A DNA stretch of 35,549 nucleotides, from assembly GCA_038217285.1 (NCBI GenBank), contig JBBQPO010000021.1:1-35549 (forward strand), read 5' to 3'. Below are positions 1-9,636 of this stretch, in pieces. The DNA comes from Chthonomonadales bacterium (lineage in GTDB: Bacteria; Armatimonadota; Chthonomonadetes; Chthonomonadales; Chthonomonadaceae). The notes below the pieces were generated by a model. The model ran no database searches. It saw only the letters and a program-made list of their open reading frames with translations, and was not told the origin of the DNA. How positions within the stretch are numbered: the stretch's first letter is position 1; the number at the start of each line of letters is the position of its first letter. A program made the translations under genes and the position numbers.

Positions 1-2
1 GG

Positions 3-37
3 TATAATAGAATTACACTACGTGAAAACTTTCACGA
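3..37 (+). promoter_or_regulatory. -10 box (TATAAT, 3-8) followed by a Rex-like operator (20-37) upstream of mqnE
   Basis: TATAAT at 3-8. ACGTGAA-AACT-TTCACGA at 20-37 has perfect 6-bp arms CGTGAA/TTCACG and resembles the Rex consensus TTGTGAA-N4-TTCACAA. Confidence 0.6.
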
Positions 38-93
38 ACTGATGTGCTGGGTACGAGCAGAACGGGCCCGCGGGCCCACCAGGGAGCCGTCCG

Positions 94-1293
94 ATGAGTA
101 ACACCGAATTTGCCGAAGCCGCCACCGCCGATCGCCGCCGCGCCGAGCGCGTCGTCGGCGCGCCCCTGATGGACATCTACGACAGCGTCCTTGCCGGCGA
201 CCGGCTCGACTACGCGGCCGGCCTGCGGCTCTACCAGTCGCCGAATCTCGCGGGTGTCGGTTTCCTCGCGAATATCGTCCGTGAGCGCCTCCACGGCGAC
301 CGGGCCTACTACGTCCGCAACCAGCACATCAACTACACCAACATCTGCAACAAGTTCTGCAAGTTCTGCTCCTTCTATGCCAAGAAGGGCGGCCCTGCCC
401 CGTATGAGATGGATATGGCGGCGGTGCGGAACCGCCTGCGCGAGCATCTCGATGTGCCGATCACAGAAGTCCACATGGTCGGTGGCATCGATCCACGCCT
501 GCCGTATCAGTACTACCTCGACCTGCTTCACACCGTGAAGGAGACACGGCCGGGCGTCCACATCAAAGCGTTCACGGCGGTGGAACTGGTCCAGATTCAG
601 GAGGTGGCCGGTAAGCCGCTCGAAGAGGTGCTGCGCGAACTGATGGCCGCCGGTCTGGACTCCCTGCCGGGAGGCGGGATCGAGATACTCTCCGACCGCG
701 TCCACCAGGAGCTGTTTGAGCGCAAACTCGACGGGGCAGAGTGGATGGAGGTGGCGCGCGTCGCCGCGAAGGTCGGCCTGACGCAGTATGCGACCATGCT
801 GTACGGGCATATCGAGACGCTGGAAGAGCGTGCTGATCATCTGGTCAAAATCCGCGAGCTTCAGGACGAGACGCGCCATTTCGTCACCATGACCCCGCTC
901 TCGTTTCATCCCGAAAATACCGAACTCGAACATGTGCCGCATCCCACCGGCTACGACGACCTGCGCAACCTTGCCGTGGCCCGCCTCGTGCTCGATAACT
1001 TCGCACACATCAAGTCGTTCTGGATCATGAACACACCGCAGATCACTCAGCTCGCCCTCTGGTACGGTGCAGACGACATGGATGGGACGGTACATGAGTA
1101 CGAAATCACGTACAAAGACGGCGAGCACGGCAACAAAAAGCAGCAGCTGACGCGGAAGCAGATGATCCGGCTGATCGAAGAGGCGGGACGCATCCCGATC
1201 GAACGTGACAGCCTCTACCACGAGGTCGCCCAGCATCCCGAGGAGGAAGAGCGGATCTCGCCCACGTTTATACCTCTTTCTGTCCTGAACTGA
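94..1293 (+). CDS. mqnE: Aminofutalosine synthase MqnE (radical SAM, CofH/MqnC family; futalosine menaquinone pathway)
   Basis: NYTNICNKFCKFCSF (CxxxCxxC), EVHMVGG, HIKAFTAVE, SLPGGGIEI, ATMLYGHIET, HIKSFWIM and GADDMDGTV motifs; GGGAG RBS. Confidence 0.88.
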   Translation: MSNTEFAEAATADRRRAERVVGAPLMDIYDSVLAGDRLDYAAGLRLYQSPNLAGVGFLANIVRERLHGDRAYYVRNQHINYTNICNKFCKFCSFYAKKGGPAPYEMDMAAVRNRLREHLDVPITEVHMVGGIDPRLPYQYYLDLLHTVKETRPGVHIKAFTAVELVQIQEVAGKPLEEVLRELMAAGLDSLPGGGIEILSDRVHQELFERKLDGAEWMEVARVAAKVGLTQYATMLYGHIETLEERADHLVKIRELQDETRHFVTMTPLSFHPENTELEHVPHPTGYDDLRNLAVARLVLDNFAHIKSFWIMNTPQITQLALWYGADDMDGTVHEYEITYKDGEHGNKKQQLTRKQMIRLIEEAGRIPIERDSLYHEVAQHPEEEERISPTFIPLSVLN

Positions 1294-1302
1294 GGAGCCA
1301 GC

Positions 1303-2235
1303 ATGTTGAAACCGTGCGCATTGCGACCAGGAGATACCATAGGCGTGGTGGCTCCGGCAAGCCCTGTGCCTCGCGAGGAGCTGGAGCAGGGGGTGGCGCT
1401 GCTGGAGGGACGGGGCTATCGGGTCGTTGTGGGAGACCATGTTCTGGCCCGCCATCCGTCCAACGACTACCTGGCTGGGACGGACGCGCAGCGAGCGGCC
1501 GATCTGAACTCCATGCTGGCGCGCGAGGACATTCATGCCGTGATCTGCGCCCGTGGAGGATACGGCGCGATGCGACTCTTCGACCGCATCGCCTGGGACA
1601 GCTTTACCCACCATCCCAAGATCTTTGTGGGCTATAGCGACATCACCAGCCTGCACACGGCCCTCAATCAGCGGTCCAACTGGGTTACGTTTCACGGCCC
1701 AATGGTCACCGCCTTACCGAAACTGAATGCAGCGGCTCTCGAAGTCTACTGGCGACTGCTCGAAAACCCGGTGGCTTTGGGAACTCTGCCCGCCGATCCG
1801 GCGATGGTGACGACTGTCTGCGGCGGCCAGATCGAGGGGGAGTTGACGGGGGGATGTCTCTGTCTGCTGGCGCAGGCATGCGGCAGCGACCATGCGCCGG
1901 ACTTTCGGAACAAGATCGTCCTCCTGGAAGACGTAGGCGAACAGGTCTACCGCGCAGACCGGGATCTGATGCAGCTCCGGAATGCAGGCCTGCTCGAACA
2001 GGCCAAAGGGTTCGTTATCGGCACGATTACGCGTTGGCACACGCAGGAAGCCGATCCGCCGCTCAATACGCCACACACACTCTGGCAGGACTATTTCGGT
2101 GCACTCGGGAAGCCCGTCATCACCGACTTTCCCTGTGGGCACGAGCCCAACCCGCTCACGATTCCTCTGGGTATCCGGTGCCGCCTCGATGCGGACGCCC
2201 GGACTCTCACACTCCTCGAAGCCGCCACCCAGTAG
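1303..2235 (+). CDS. S66-family LD-carboxypeptidase (LdcA/MccF-like)
   Basis: GDTIGVVAPAS, RGGYG, GYSDIT (catalytic Ser), LEDVGE (Glu) and GH (His) motifs; GAGGAG RBS in the 9-nt gap after mqnE. Confidence 0.92.
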   Translation: MLKPCALRPGDTIGVVAPASPVPREELEQGVALLEGRGYRVVVGDHVLARHPSNDYLAGTDAQRAADLNSMLAREDIHAVICARGGYGAMRLFDRIAWDSFTHHPKIFVGYSDITSLHTALNQRSNWVTFHGPMVTALPKLNAAALEVYWRLLENPVALGTLPADPAMVTTVCGGQIEGELTGGCLCLLAQACGSDHAPDFRNKIVLLEDVGEQVYRADRDLMQLRNAGLLEQAKGFVIGTITRWHTQEADPPLNTPHTLWQDYFGALGKPVITDFPCGHEPNPLTIPLGIRCRLDADARTLTLLEAATQ

Positions 2236-2274
2236 CGAAGCAGCGTCCTCCGTCCTGCTCCTGTTCGTTCTGTG

Positions 2275-2340
2275 GGAACCTTACTTGCTCTCCTCCCGTC
2301 TTACAGACGTGGTAGAACCGCGATTCGAATGCGTCCGTCT
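2275..2340 (+). promoter_or_regulatory. Two tandem ECF-sigma-type promoters, GAACC-N16-CGTCT
   Basis: GAACC 2276-2280 with CGTCT 2297-2301, and GAACC 2315-2319 with CGTCT 2336-2340; both spacers are exactly 16 nt. Confidence 0.55.
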
Positions 2341-2392
2341 GGTCTGCAAATTCAGGCGATGTACTTTCTCTGCGGATAACAAGGAAAATTCG

Positions 2393-3052
2393 ATGAATAC
2401 ACAAACTACAAATAACACTTTCCGACTGCTCGGCATTGCCGCTGTGTTCGCACTCAGTGGAGCCAGCGTGAAAGCGCAGTCTCATACCGTCTCTCTCAGT
2501 GCGGGTACGGTGGTCGCCGCGCATCTGCAGGACGACCTCAGCTCGAACAATTCGAACAAAGGCGATCACTTTACCGCGACGGTAGACGACAGTAGTTCCA
2601 ACAGCAACTGGAACTCCAACTCGTTGCCCGCTGGTTCGAAGATCGACGGCTATGTGCGGTCGGTCGTACCGCAGAAGGATAAGAATCCCGGCATACTCGA
2701 TCTTGCGTTCAACAGAGTCATTCTGCCGGACGGGCGCTCCTACAGCATTCAGGGCTCGCTTATCTCGCTCGACAACAAGAGCGTCACGAAAGACAAGCAT
2801 GGCCGACTGGTCGCCGCTAAGGGCCATACGACGAACCGCTTGACCTACGTGGGGTATGGAGCGGGAGCAGGAGCGCTGGTGGGCATCCTCACCAGCCGCA
2901 AGCACGTTCTCGAAGATACTCTTCTCGGTGCGGGCGCGGGCTACCTGTTCGGTGCGCTGCAGAAGGGCAAGAACCCGAGTAACGTCAACTTGAAGACAGG
3001 TACGCAGCTCGGCGTCCGACTGGACAATCGCCTCTCGTACAGCAGAAACTAA
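2393..3052 (+). CDS. Secreted protein with TrbI/VirB10-like beta domain and glycine-zipper helices
   Basis: AAGGA RBS before ATG 2393; signal peptide ending VKA-Q; LSAGT..LSS..GDHF, LPAGSKIDG, LAFNRVILPDGRSY, GAGAGALVG and GTQLGVRL patterns. Confidence 0.7.
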   Translation: MNTQTTNNTFRLLGIAAVFALSGASVKAQSHTVSLSAGTVVAAHLQDDLSSNNSNKGDHFTATVDDSSSNSNWNSNSLPAGSKIDGYVRSVVPQKDKNPGILDLAFNRVILPDGRSYSIQGSLISLDNKSVTKDKHGRLVAAKGHTTNRLTYVGYGAGAGALVGILTSRKHVLEDTLLGAGAGYLFGALQKGKNPSNVNLKTGTQLGVRLDNRLSYSRN

Positions 3053-3069
3053 TCGTTGCGGCTAACTGC

Positions 3070-3116
3070 AAATCCCCCTCCTTCCGACAGATGATCGGAG
3101 CGAGGGGGATTTTTTT
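3070..3116 (+). terminator. Intrinsic terminator (possibly bidirectional)
   Basis: AAATCCCCCTC / GAGGGGGATTT stem with inner TCCGA/TCGGA, followed by a T-tract; lies between convergent genes. Confidence 0.8.
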
Positions 3117-3204
3117 GTCTATGCGGCAACAACGCCGGGAGGCGAAGAGGCGAGGACTCTGCCGCGAAATCGACGATGTCGCCGTTCGCGAGCGGATTCG
3201 AAAT

Positions 3205-3555
3205 CTAGCCGTTCGGAGGGGAGGCATTCACATGAGGCATCACATTGACGGTACTCCCTTTGACGGCGCTGAAGTAGAGATTGATCCCTTTTTGCGACAG
3301 TAGAGAGCCCGCGATAGCCATCACGAACATCGCTGCGATTTTCAAAACGGCCCAGCCAAAGTGCAGACCGACCTTCATCGCGGGAGGGTCGAGTTTCGGG
3401 TTTCCCGTGAACACAAGGTCTAACGCCTGCTCCGAATTCAGCTTGAAGAAACCGTAAGCCAGGTAGAACAGGAATCCAAGCAGACCGATGCCGATGAGAA
3501 AGATAATGGCGCCAAGAACACGCACGGTAAGATCGCCGCGATAGCCGGAACTCAT
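3205..3555 (-). CDS. Small two-TM membrane protein, unknown function
   Basis: 116 aa with two hydrophobic helices; AAGGAG RBS upstream. Confidence 0.75.
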   Translation of the reverse strand: MSSGYRGDLTVRVLGAIIFLIGIGLLGFLFYLAYGFFKLNSEQALDLVFTGNPKLDPPAMKVGLHFGWAVLKIAAMFVMAIAGSLLSQKGINLYFSAVKGSTVNVMPHVNASPPNG

Positions 3556-3670
3556 CAGGGCAGGCTCCTTTATAGAGGGATGGCTGTAGGAATCGGATAG
3601 ACAGTCCTATAGCCTCTACCCTGTCATCATATCAGAATTAAGAGGGCTTCGCAAGCGAGTGGCGCTCAGG

Positions 3671-5215
3671 TCAGGGTCGAATCAGGGTCGCGGCGGCTGT
3701 CATCAGCGACTGAAGCAGGCCCGGCGCGACGCCGAATAGTAGCGAAAGCGATGCGGTAATAACGACCGCGACGAACACGCCGCCGGTGGAGGTCGCGCGC
3801 TCCGGTACGACTCGCGAATCCGGCTCCACAAAACACATCGTAGCGGCGATACGCAGATAGTAGGCGAGGGATATGACACTCGTGACGGCCATGATTACCG
3901 CCAACCACGTCTGTCCGGCCTGTATCGAGGCGTAAAACAGAAACCATTTGCCCATGAAGCCCATCGTGCCCGGTATAGCCCCCAGCGAGCAGATAAAGAT
4001 GAGCATCGTATAGGCGGCGGCCGGATCGTTGTACCAGAGGCCCTTCAGATCGGTGATCGTCTGGTAGTCCTTACCACGGTTCGACAGCCAGACCAGAACG
4101 CCGAACGATCCCAGGGTCATCAGCGTGTAGGCCAGGAGATAGAAGATCGCGCCACTCATCGCCGTGTCGTGCGCGGCCCGCAAACTTGCCGCAGAGCCAT
4201 GCGGGCTCGCCCCCAGGGCCGCCACAGCGACCATCAGATAACCGGCGTGCGCGATCGACGAATAGGCTAACATACGTTTCACGTTGTCCTGCGTGACAGC
4301 GAGCAGATTGCCGCCGAACATCGTGATCACCGCGAGGATCTGGATCATCACCAACCAGTAGGGCGCTATCGGGCTTAGCGCATTGAAGACGCGCAGGATC
4401 GCCGCAAAGGCGCCGATTTTGGCGGCAGCCGCCATGAAGGCGGTCACAGACGTCGGTGCGCCCTGATAGACGTCCGGCGTCCACATGTGGAAGGGTACCA
4501 ACCCGGCTTTGAACGCGAGACCCACCAGCAGCAAGCCGACTCCGAGCAGCAGCATCACCGGAGGGGCGTTCAGGGTAGACAGGTGGGCGGCAAGGGTGGT
4601 GAGGTTCGTCGTTCCAGCCGCTACCGTCCCCGTGGAGCCGCCTGCGGCCGCCCCGGCCGAGCCTCCATAGATCAGCGCAATACCATAGAGCAAAAACCCG
4701 GCGGCGAACGCGCCCAGCAGGAAATACTTGAGCGCGGCCTCTTCACTGCGTTCCTCCGTGCGTGCGAAGCCTGCCAGCACGTAGAGCGCGACCGAAAGGA
4801 TCTCCACCGCGATGAACAGAACGATCAGATCGTTGGCTGCGGCCATCAGCATCGCGCCGGAAGTCGAGAACAGGACCAGGGAGTAGTACTCCGCGTGATG
4901 CAGGTTTCGATTTTGCAGATAGGTCATCGCGATCAAGATCGCCAGACCTGCGGCCAGGAGGAGGATCAGGTTGCATGCCTGCGAAAAGCCGTCGGCGGAG
5001 ATCGCCCCGTTGAACGCGATCCGGATCCCGCCCTCCGCCAGAGCGCTGAGCGAGTATAGGCCGGCGATGAAGACGCCGACGAGCGCAACCGAGGCGCTGA
5101 AGAGTTTCGAACGGCGCCAAAAGCCGAGGCAGGCATCGCCCACAAGCACGATCATGCCCGTGACCACGACGATCAGAATCGGCAGGATCGCATGGATACT
5201 GGAAGAGTTGTTCAT
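3671..5215 (-). CDS. nuoN: NADH-quinone oxidoreductase subunit N
   Basis: EAALKYFLLG, FKAGLVPFHMWTPDVYQGAP and KRMLAYSSIAHAGY motifs; last gene of the operon. Confidence 0.97.
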   Translation of the reverse strand: MNNSSSIHAILPILIVVVTGMIVLVGDACLGFWRRSKLFSASVALVGVFIAGLYSLSALAEGGIRIAFNGAISADGFSQACNLILLLAAGLAILIAMTYLQNRNLHHAEYYSLVLFSTSGAMLMAAANDLIVLFIAVEILSVALYVLAGFARTEERSEEAALKYFLLGAFAAGFLLYGIALIYGGSAGAAAGGSTGTVAAGTTNLTTLAAHLSTLNAPPVMLLLGVGLLLVGLAFKAGLVPFHMWTPDVYQGAPTSVTAFMAAAAKIGAFAAILRVFNALSPIAPYWLVMIQILAVITMFGGNLLAVTQDNVKRMLAYSSIAHAGYLMVAVAALGASPHGSAASLRAAHDTAMSGAIFYLLAYTLMTLGSFGVLVWLSNRGKDYQTITDLKGLWYNDPAAAYTMLIFICSLGAIPGTMGFMGKWFLFYASIQAGQTWLAVIMAVTSVISLAYYLRIAATMCFVEPDSRVVPERATSTGGVFVAVVITASLSLLFGVAPGLLQSLMTAAATLIRP

Positions 5216-5216
5216 G

Positions 5217-7220
5217 TCAGGCGTGAACCTCCGTTGCGCTCTGGAGGCGGGAGTGGGAGGCCTCGCCCTGCGGCAGACGATCAGGCAAACCCGGAAACAG
5301 TTTCTGGTGCAGCATGGGGTTCAGGCGACCGGATCCTGGTATCAGTCTGCCCCCTCGATTAGGAATGGGCGCCGGTGCGCCTGGTCCTGGTGGCGCTGGT
5401 GCGCCTCCGACCGGACTGGCCCCAGGTTGCGGGGCATCCCCCGAAGGTCGTTGGTAGGCACGACGCGGACGGCGGCTTCGGGAGCGTTCCTGATTGCCGC
5501 TATCGCGCCCGCTGCCGGTATCGTGCAGGGCGTTCGCCCGTGCCTGGTCCTCAAGAATGCCCGTGACGGGCTGTGTGCTGGGGAAGCCCGGCACATCCGA
5601 AGCCGGGATCAGACTCTCCGTGCTCGCCGGAACCAGCGTATTGATCGCGGTCTCCATGCGCTGCGTCCAGAAGGGACTGCCGAGGCCGAACCAGAAGATG
5701 ACGCCTGCCAGGGGCAGAAGCACGGCCCACTCCATCCTGGTCAGATCCGTGAAACGGCGCAGTTCCGCTTTCTTCACCACCCCGAGCATCAGGCGCTGAT
5801 ACCACCAGAGCAGGTAGACCGCAGAGAGAATCATGCCGGTTCCGGCGAGCGCGGTCGGCCAGTAGCCGCCGAACTGGTTGGTGGTGCCGGAGATCCAACT
5901 GCCCAAAAGAATGGGGAACTCACCGGTGAAGCCATTGAAGAACGGCACCGCCAGGCTGGAGAGCGTTGCGATAAGCAGCATCGTCGCCAGCATCGGCACG
6001 ACCTTCTTCAGGCCACCGTAGTCGGCGATCCAGCGCGATCCGCCCCGCTCGGCCAGCATACCGACCAGGAAAAACAGCATCGGTGTCGAGATCCCATGAT
6101 TGATATTCTGCAGCGCCGCGCCCATCGTTCCGATACGGGTAAAGGTGAAGATACCGAGAATCACGAAGCCGAGGTGGGCCAGACTCGAGTAGGCGAGCAG
6201 GCGCTTTATGTCCGTCTGCACGGCGGCGATCATGGAGCCATAGATGATGCTGACGATGGCGAGGCCGATGAAGAGCGGCGCGGCGCTATGGGCCTGGGCC
6301 GGGAAGAACGGCAGCAGAAAGCGCAGAAACCCGTAAGTGCCCATCTTGACCATGATGCCCGACGAGATGACGTTTCCAGCGGTCGGCGCTTCCGCATAGG
6401 TGTCGGCCAGCCACGAGTGAAACGGAAACATCGGCACCTTGATCATAAAGGCCAGCGCGAACGCCGCGAACAACCACAGCAGCGTCTGGGGTGGGGCATG
6501 GCGCAGCGCCTCTCCTGCATGCGTCCCTATATCCGAGAGCGCCACGACATCGAAGGATCCCGCGACCTGATAGATGCCGATGATCGCCACGAGCATGAAG
6601 ATACTGCCCGCAAAGGTATACAGAAAGAACTTCAGGGCGGCGGCCTGACGGTTCGCGCTGCCGAAGATACCGAGCAGGAAATACATCGGAATCAGCATGG
6701 CTTCCCAGAAGAAGTAGAACAGCACCAGATCCAGGGCGCAGAACACCCCGATCAGCCCAGTCTCCAGCAGCAGCAGAAAGACCATGAACTCTTTGATGCG
6801 GTCCTTCACCGAGAAGGAGAACAGCGTGACCAGCGTCATCAGCAGCGTCGTCAGGACGATGAGCAGCAGGCTGATGCCGTCCACACCCATGTGATAACGG
6901 ATGTGCAGACTGCCCATACTGATCCAGTCGACATTCTCGATGAACTGCATGTTTCTGGTACCGGCATGGATATAGTGGCTGTCGAAAAGCCCGAAAATAC
7001 CGACGGCGATCAGAAACGTAAGCAGGGTGAAACCCAGCGCCGTCCAGGTAACCAGCAGACGGGCCGAGTCCTCATAGACCGGTTTCGTCTTGTCCTGAAG
7101 CGCGGTCGCCTTCGTCGAGAGGTCTCGGGGACGTGGCAGGCACATCACGACGATCGCTCCCAGCAGAGGGAGGAACGTCAGCAAACTCAGTAAGTTGGGT
7201 ATCCCGGAGGTTGGCATCAT
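5217..7220 (-). CDS. nuoM: NADH-quinone oxidoreductase subunit M with ~137-aa Pro/Gly/Arg-rich C-terminal extension
   Basis: GVDGIS, FWEAMLIPMY, IKVPMFPFHSWL, KRLLAYSSLAHLG and FTGEF motifs. Confidence 0.97.
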   Translation of the reverse strand: MMPTSGIPNLLSLLTFLPLLGAIVVMCLPRPRDLSTKATALQDKTKPVYEDSARLLVTWTALGFTLLTFLIAVGIFGLFDSHYIHAGTRNMQFIENVDWISMGSLHIRYHMGVDGISLLLIVLTTLLMTLVTLFSFSVKDRIKEFMVFLLLLETGLIGVFCALDLVLFYFFWEAMLIPMYFLLGIFGSANRQAAALKFFLYTFAGSIFMLVAIIGIYQVAGSFDVVALSDIGTHAGEALRHAPPQTLLWLFAAFALAFMIKVPMFPFHSWLADTYAEAPTAGNVISSGIMVKMGTYGFLRFLLPFFPAQAHSAAPLFIGLAIVSIIYGSMIAAVQTDIKRLLAYSSLAHLGFVILGIFTFTRIGTMGAALQNINHGISTPMLFFLVGMLAERGGSRWIADYGGLKKVVPMLATMLLIATLSSLAVPFFNGFTGEFPILLGSWISGTTNQFGGYWPTALAGTGMILSAVYLLWWYQRLMLGVVKKAELRRFTDLTRMEWAVLLPLAGVIFWFGLGSPFWTQRMETAINTLVPASTESLIPASDVPGFPSTQPVTGILEDQARANALHDTGSGRDSGNQERSRSRRPRRAYQRPSGDAPQPGASPVGGAPAPPGPGAPAPIPNRGGRLIPGSGRLNPMLHQKLFPGLPDRLPQGEASHSRLQSATEVHA

Positions 7221-7238
7221 TTTTCCTGAAGATTCGTG

Positions 7239-9311
7239 TCAGTGAGAGATCAGGCTCTGCCATGTGGCGAGCAGACCCAGAACAATGACGACCACGCCGA
7301 CAAGCATTCCAAGCGCGTAGTTGCGAACGTAGCCGGTCTGAACGAGGCGACCGACATGGCTAAGTCCGCTCACGAGCTTCGCCAGTCCGTTCACCGTGCC
7401 GTCGATCAGACCCGAGTCGATGGTACGCCAGAGTATCGAAGTCGTGAACCGTCCCGCGAACCGAACGAAGATCGCCTCGTACACCGCATCGAAGCCCCAG
7501 TTCGCCACCAGAATCCGATAGAGCGGATTGCGCGGCTTCAGAGCCGGGTCCAGAAGCTCACCCGTTTCGGCGCGCTGTTTGTAGACCGCAGCCGCAGCCG
7601 CAAGCCCGGCGATGGCGATAAGGGAAGAGACGATATAGCCGACCGCAACGCTGCCGAATGGGCCTTTGCCCTCTTCCAGACCGCCGAGCGACAGAGGCGC
7701 GACGGAGCTGTCCAGAAAGTTTCCCAGCGTAAAGTAGAGGACAACTCCCCCTACGCAGGACAGAAAGGCGAGCACGTAGAGCGGCAGCAGCATGGTCGGC
7801 GGCGACTCGTGAACTGTGCCCGAGGCGATCTCTTCGTGGTGCTCTTCGTTGCTGTGGTTCAGGTTCGGCAGTTTGCCGTCTTCGAACCGCTGCTCGGTAT
7901 AGAAGGTCTTCCACATCATGCGGTTCATGTAGAACGCTGTGAGAAAGGCCGTGCCCAGTCCAACGACATAGAGGATGGGGCCGGAGCCCCAGGGCGAACC
8001 GAAGGCGCTGTCGAGAATCGCGTCCTTACTCCAGAAGCCGGACATCAGTGGGAAACCCGCGATTGCGTAAGTGCCGATAGCCATGAGCATCCAGGTTTTG
8101 GGGAGCATTCTCTTCAAGCCGCCCATCTTGTTCATATCCTGCTGGCCGTGCATCGAATGGATAACCGCACCGGAGCCGAGGAAGAGCAGGGCTTTGAAGA
8201 AGGCATGGGTCGTGACATGGAACATCGCGGCCTTGAAGTTGCCGACGCCGCAGGCAAGGAACATATAGCCCAGTTGCGAAATGGTGGAGAAGGCGAGAAC
8301 GCGCTTGATATCGGTCTGCACTAGTCCGATGGTCGCGCCCAGCACAGCGGTCGCCAGCCCGATCCAGGCGACGATCTGCAGAGCCATCGTAGACTGTACG
8401 AAGAGCCAGGAGCACCGCGTCAGCATCACCACGCCCGCCGTCACCATCGTTGCAGCGTGAATCAGGGCGGAGACGGGGGTGGGGCCTGCCATCGCGTCCG
8501 GCAGCCAGACGAACAGCGGTATCTGCGCCGACTTGCCGATGGCTCCGATGAACAGCAGAATGCAGATGGTCGTGAGGGCCGGCGCGAACCAGAGTTGTAG
8601 ATCGCCGAGGCTGTGACCCAGAACGTCGTGATGCTGTGCGGCCAACTGCATGACGCCGGTGCCGTGCGATGTGAAGAAAGAGAGCGTTCCGAAGACGCTC
8701 CAGACCGCCGCCATGCCGAGCACGAAGCCGAGATCCCCGATGCGGTTCACGATAAACGCCTTGTTGCCCGCTCTGGCGTTCGCCACATCGGTGTACCAAA
8801 AACTGATCAGCAGATAGGAGCAGGTGCCCACGCCTTCCCACCCGACGAACATGAGCAGGAAGTTCTCCGCAAGAACCAGCAGCAGCATCATGAAGATGAA
8901 CAGGTTGAAATACGTAAAGAAGCGGTTGAACTCCCGATCTTCCGCCATATAGGAGGTGGCGTAGATATGGATCAGGCCGCCGACCCCGGTCACGATCAGC
9001 GTCATGAGCAGCGAGAGCGGATCGAGCAGCAGGGCGAAGTTGACCTGAAACCCACCGAACTTGATCCAGGGAGCGTCGGGCGACGCGAACGGCAGCAGCG
9101 GCGCGTAGGCGCGATGATCCGGCGAACCCATGACCGATGGCAGCACGATAAGCGCCATCAGAAACGAGGCGAACACCACGCAAGGCGCGACGAACGACAC
9201 CGCGTTCTTGGCCGTTTTCGGGTTCTTATAGAGAAATCCGGCGAAGGCGTTGTGGGCGAAACCCAGGAGGGGCAGCCACACGATCAGCCAGGCGAAAGAG
9301 AGCATAAGCAA
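7239..9311 (-). CDS. nuoL: NADH-quinone oxidoreductase subunit L
   Basis: GWEGVG, KAFIVNRIGD, GKSAQIPLFVWLPDAMAGPTPVSALIHAATMVTAG, THAFFKALLFL and QTGYVRNYA motifs. Confidence 0.97.
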   Translation of the reverse strand: MLMLSFAWLIVWLPLLGFAHNAFAGFLYKNPKTAKNAVSFVAPCVVFASFLMALIVLPSVMGSPDHRAYAPLLPFASPDAPWIKFGGFQVNFALLLDPLSLLMTLIVTGVGGLIHIYATSYMAEDREFNRFFTYFNLFIFMMLLLVLAENFLLMFVGWEGVGTCSYLLISFWYTDVANARAGNKAFIVNRIGDLGFVLGMAAVWSVFGTLSFFTSHGTGVMQLAAQHHDVLGHSLGDLQLWFAPALTTICILLFIGAIGKSAQIPLFVWLPDAMAGPTPVSALIHAATMVTAGVVMLTRCSWLFVQSTMALQIVAWIGLATAVLGATIGLVQTDIKRVLAFSTISQLGYMFLACGVGNFKAAMFHVTTHAFFKALLFLGSGAVIHSMHGQQDMNKMGGLKRMLPKTWMLMAIGTYAIAGFPLMSGFWSKDAILDSAFGSPWGSGPILYVVGLGTAFLTAFYMNRMMWKTFYTEQRFEDGKLPNLNHSNEEHHEEIASGTVHESPPTMLLPLYVLAFLSCVGGVVLYFTLGNFLDSSVAPLSLGGLEEGKGPFGSVAVGYIVSSLIAIAGLAAAAAVYKQRAETGELLDPALKPRNPLYRILVANWGFDAVYEAIFVRFAGRFTTSILWRTIDSGLIDGTVNGLAKLVSGLSHVGRLVQTGYVRNYALGMLVGVVVIVLGLLATWQSLISH

Positions 9312-9321
9312 GGCTCCTGAT

Positions 9322-9624
9322 TCAGTACTTCAGCAGATGCACTTCGTCGATGTCGATGGTCTCCTTCTGGCGGAACATCATGACGATGATCCCGAGGCCA
9401 ACCGAAACTTCGGCGGCGGCGACAGCCAGCGCGAACACGACATACATCTGCCCATTGGTCTGCCCGAAATGGCGGCCCAGGGCGACGAAAGTAAGATTGG
9501 CGGCGTTCAGCATGAGCTCGATACACATGAAAATGACGATGGGATTGCGCTTGACCAGCACCCCGATTACGCCGATGGTGAACAGTATGCCCGCCAGTAC
9601 AAGATAGAAATGGGTTGGAACCAT
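9322..9624 (-). CDS. nuoK: NADH-quinone oxidoreductase subunit K
   Basis: 100 aa; MCIELMLNAANL and VAAAEVSVGL motifs. Confidence 0.97.
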   Translation of the reverse strand: MVPTHFYLVLAGILFTIGVIGVLVKRNPIVIFMCIELMLNAANLTFVALGRHFGQTNGQMYVVFALAVAAAEVSVGLGIIVMMFRQKETIDIDEVHLLKY

Positions 9625-9636
9625 GATCTCTCCGTC

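Noticed and set aside
13..1695. 560-aa minus-strand ORF and other long antisense ORFs (4971-7193, 12061-13632, 13529-15019)
   Set aside because: Shadow frames of well-supported genes in GC-rich DNA; no recognisable motifs.
2371..2382. lacO-like half site GCGGATAACAA
   Set aside because: Only one half is present and it overlaps the RBS region; likely coincidence.
1982..2392. N-terminal 137 aa of the 356-aa ORF
   Set aside because: Overlaps the carboxypeptidase gene; RBS and signal peptide indicate ATG 2393.
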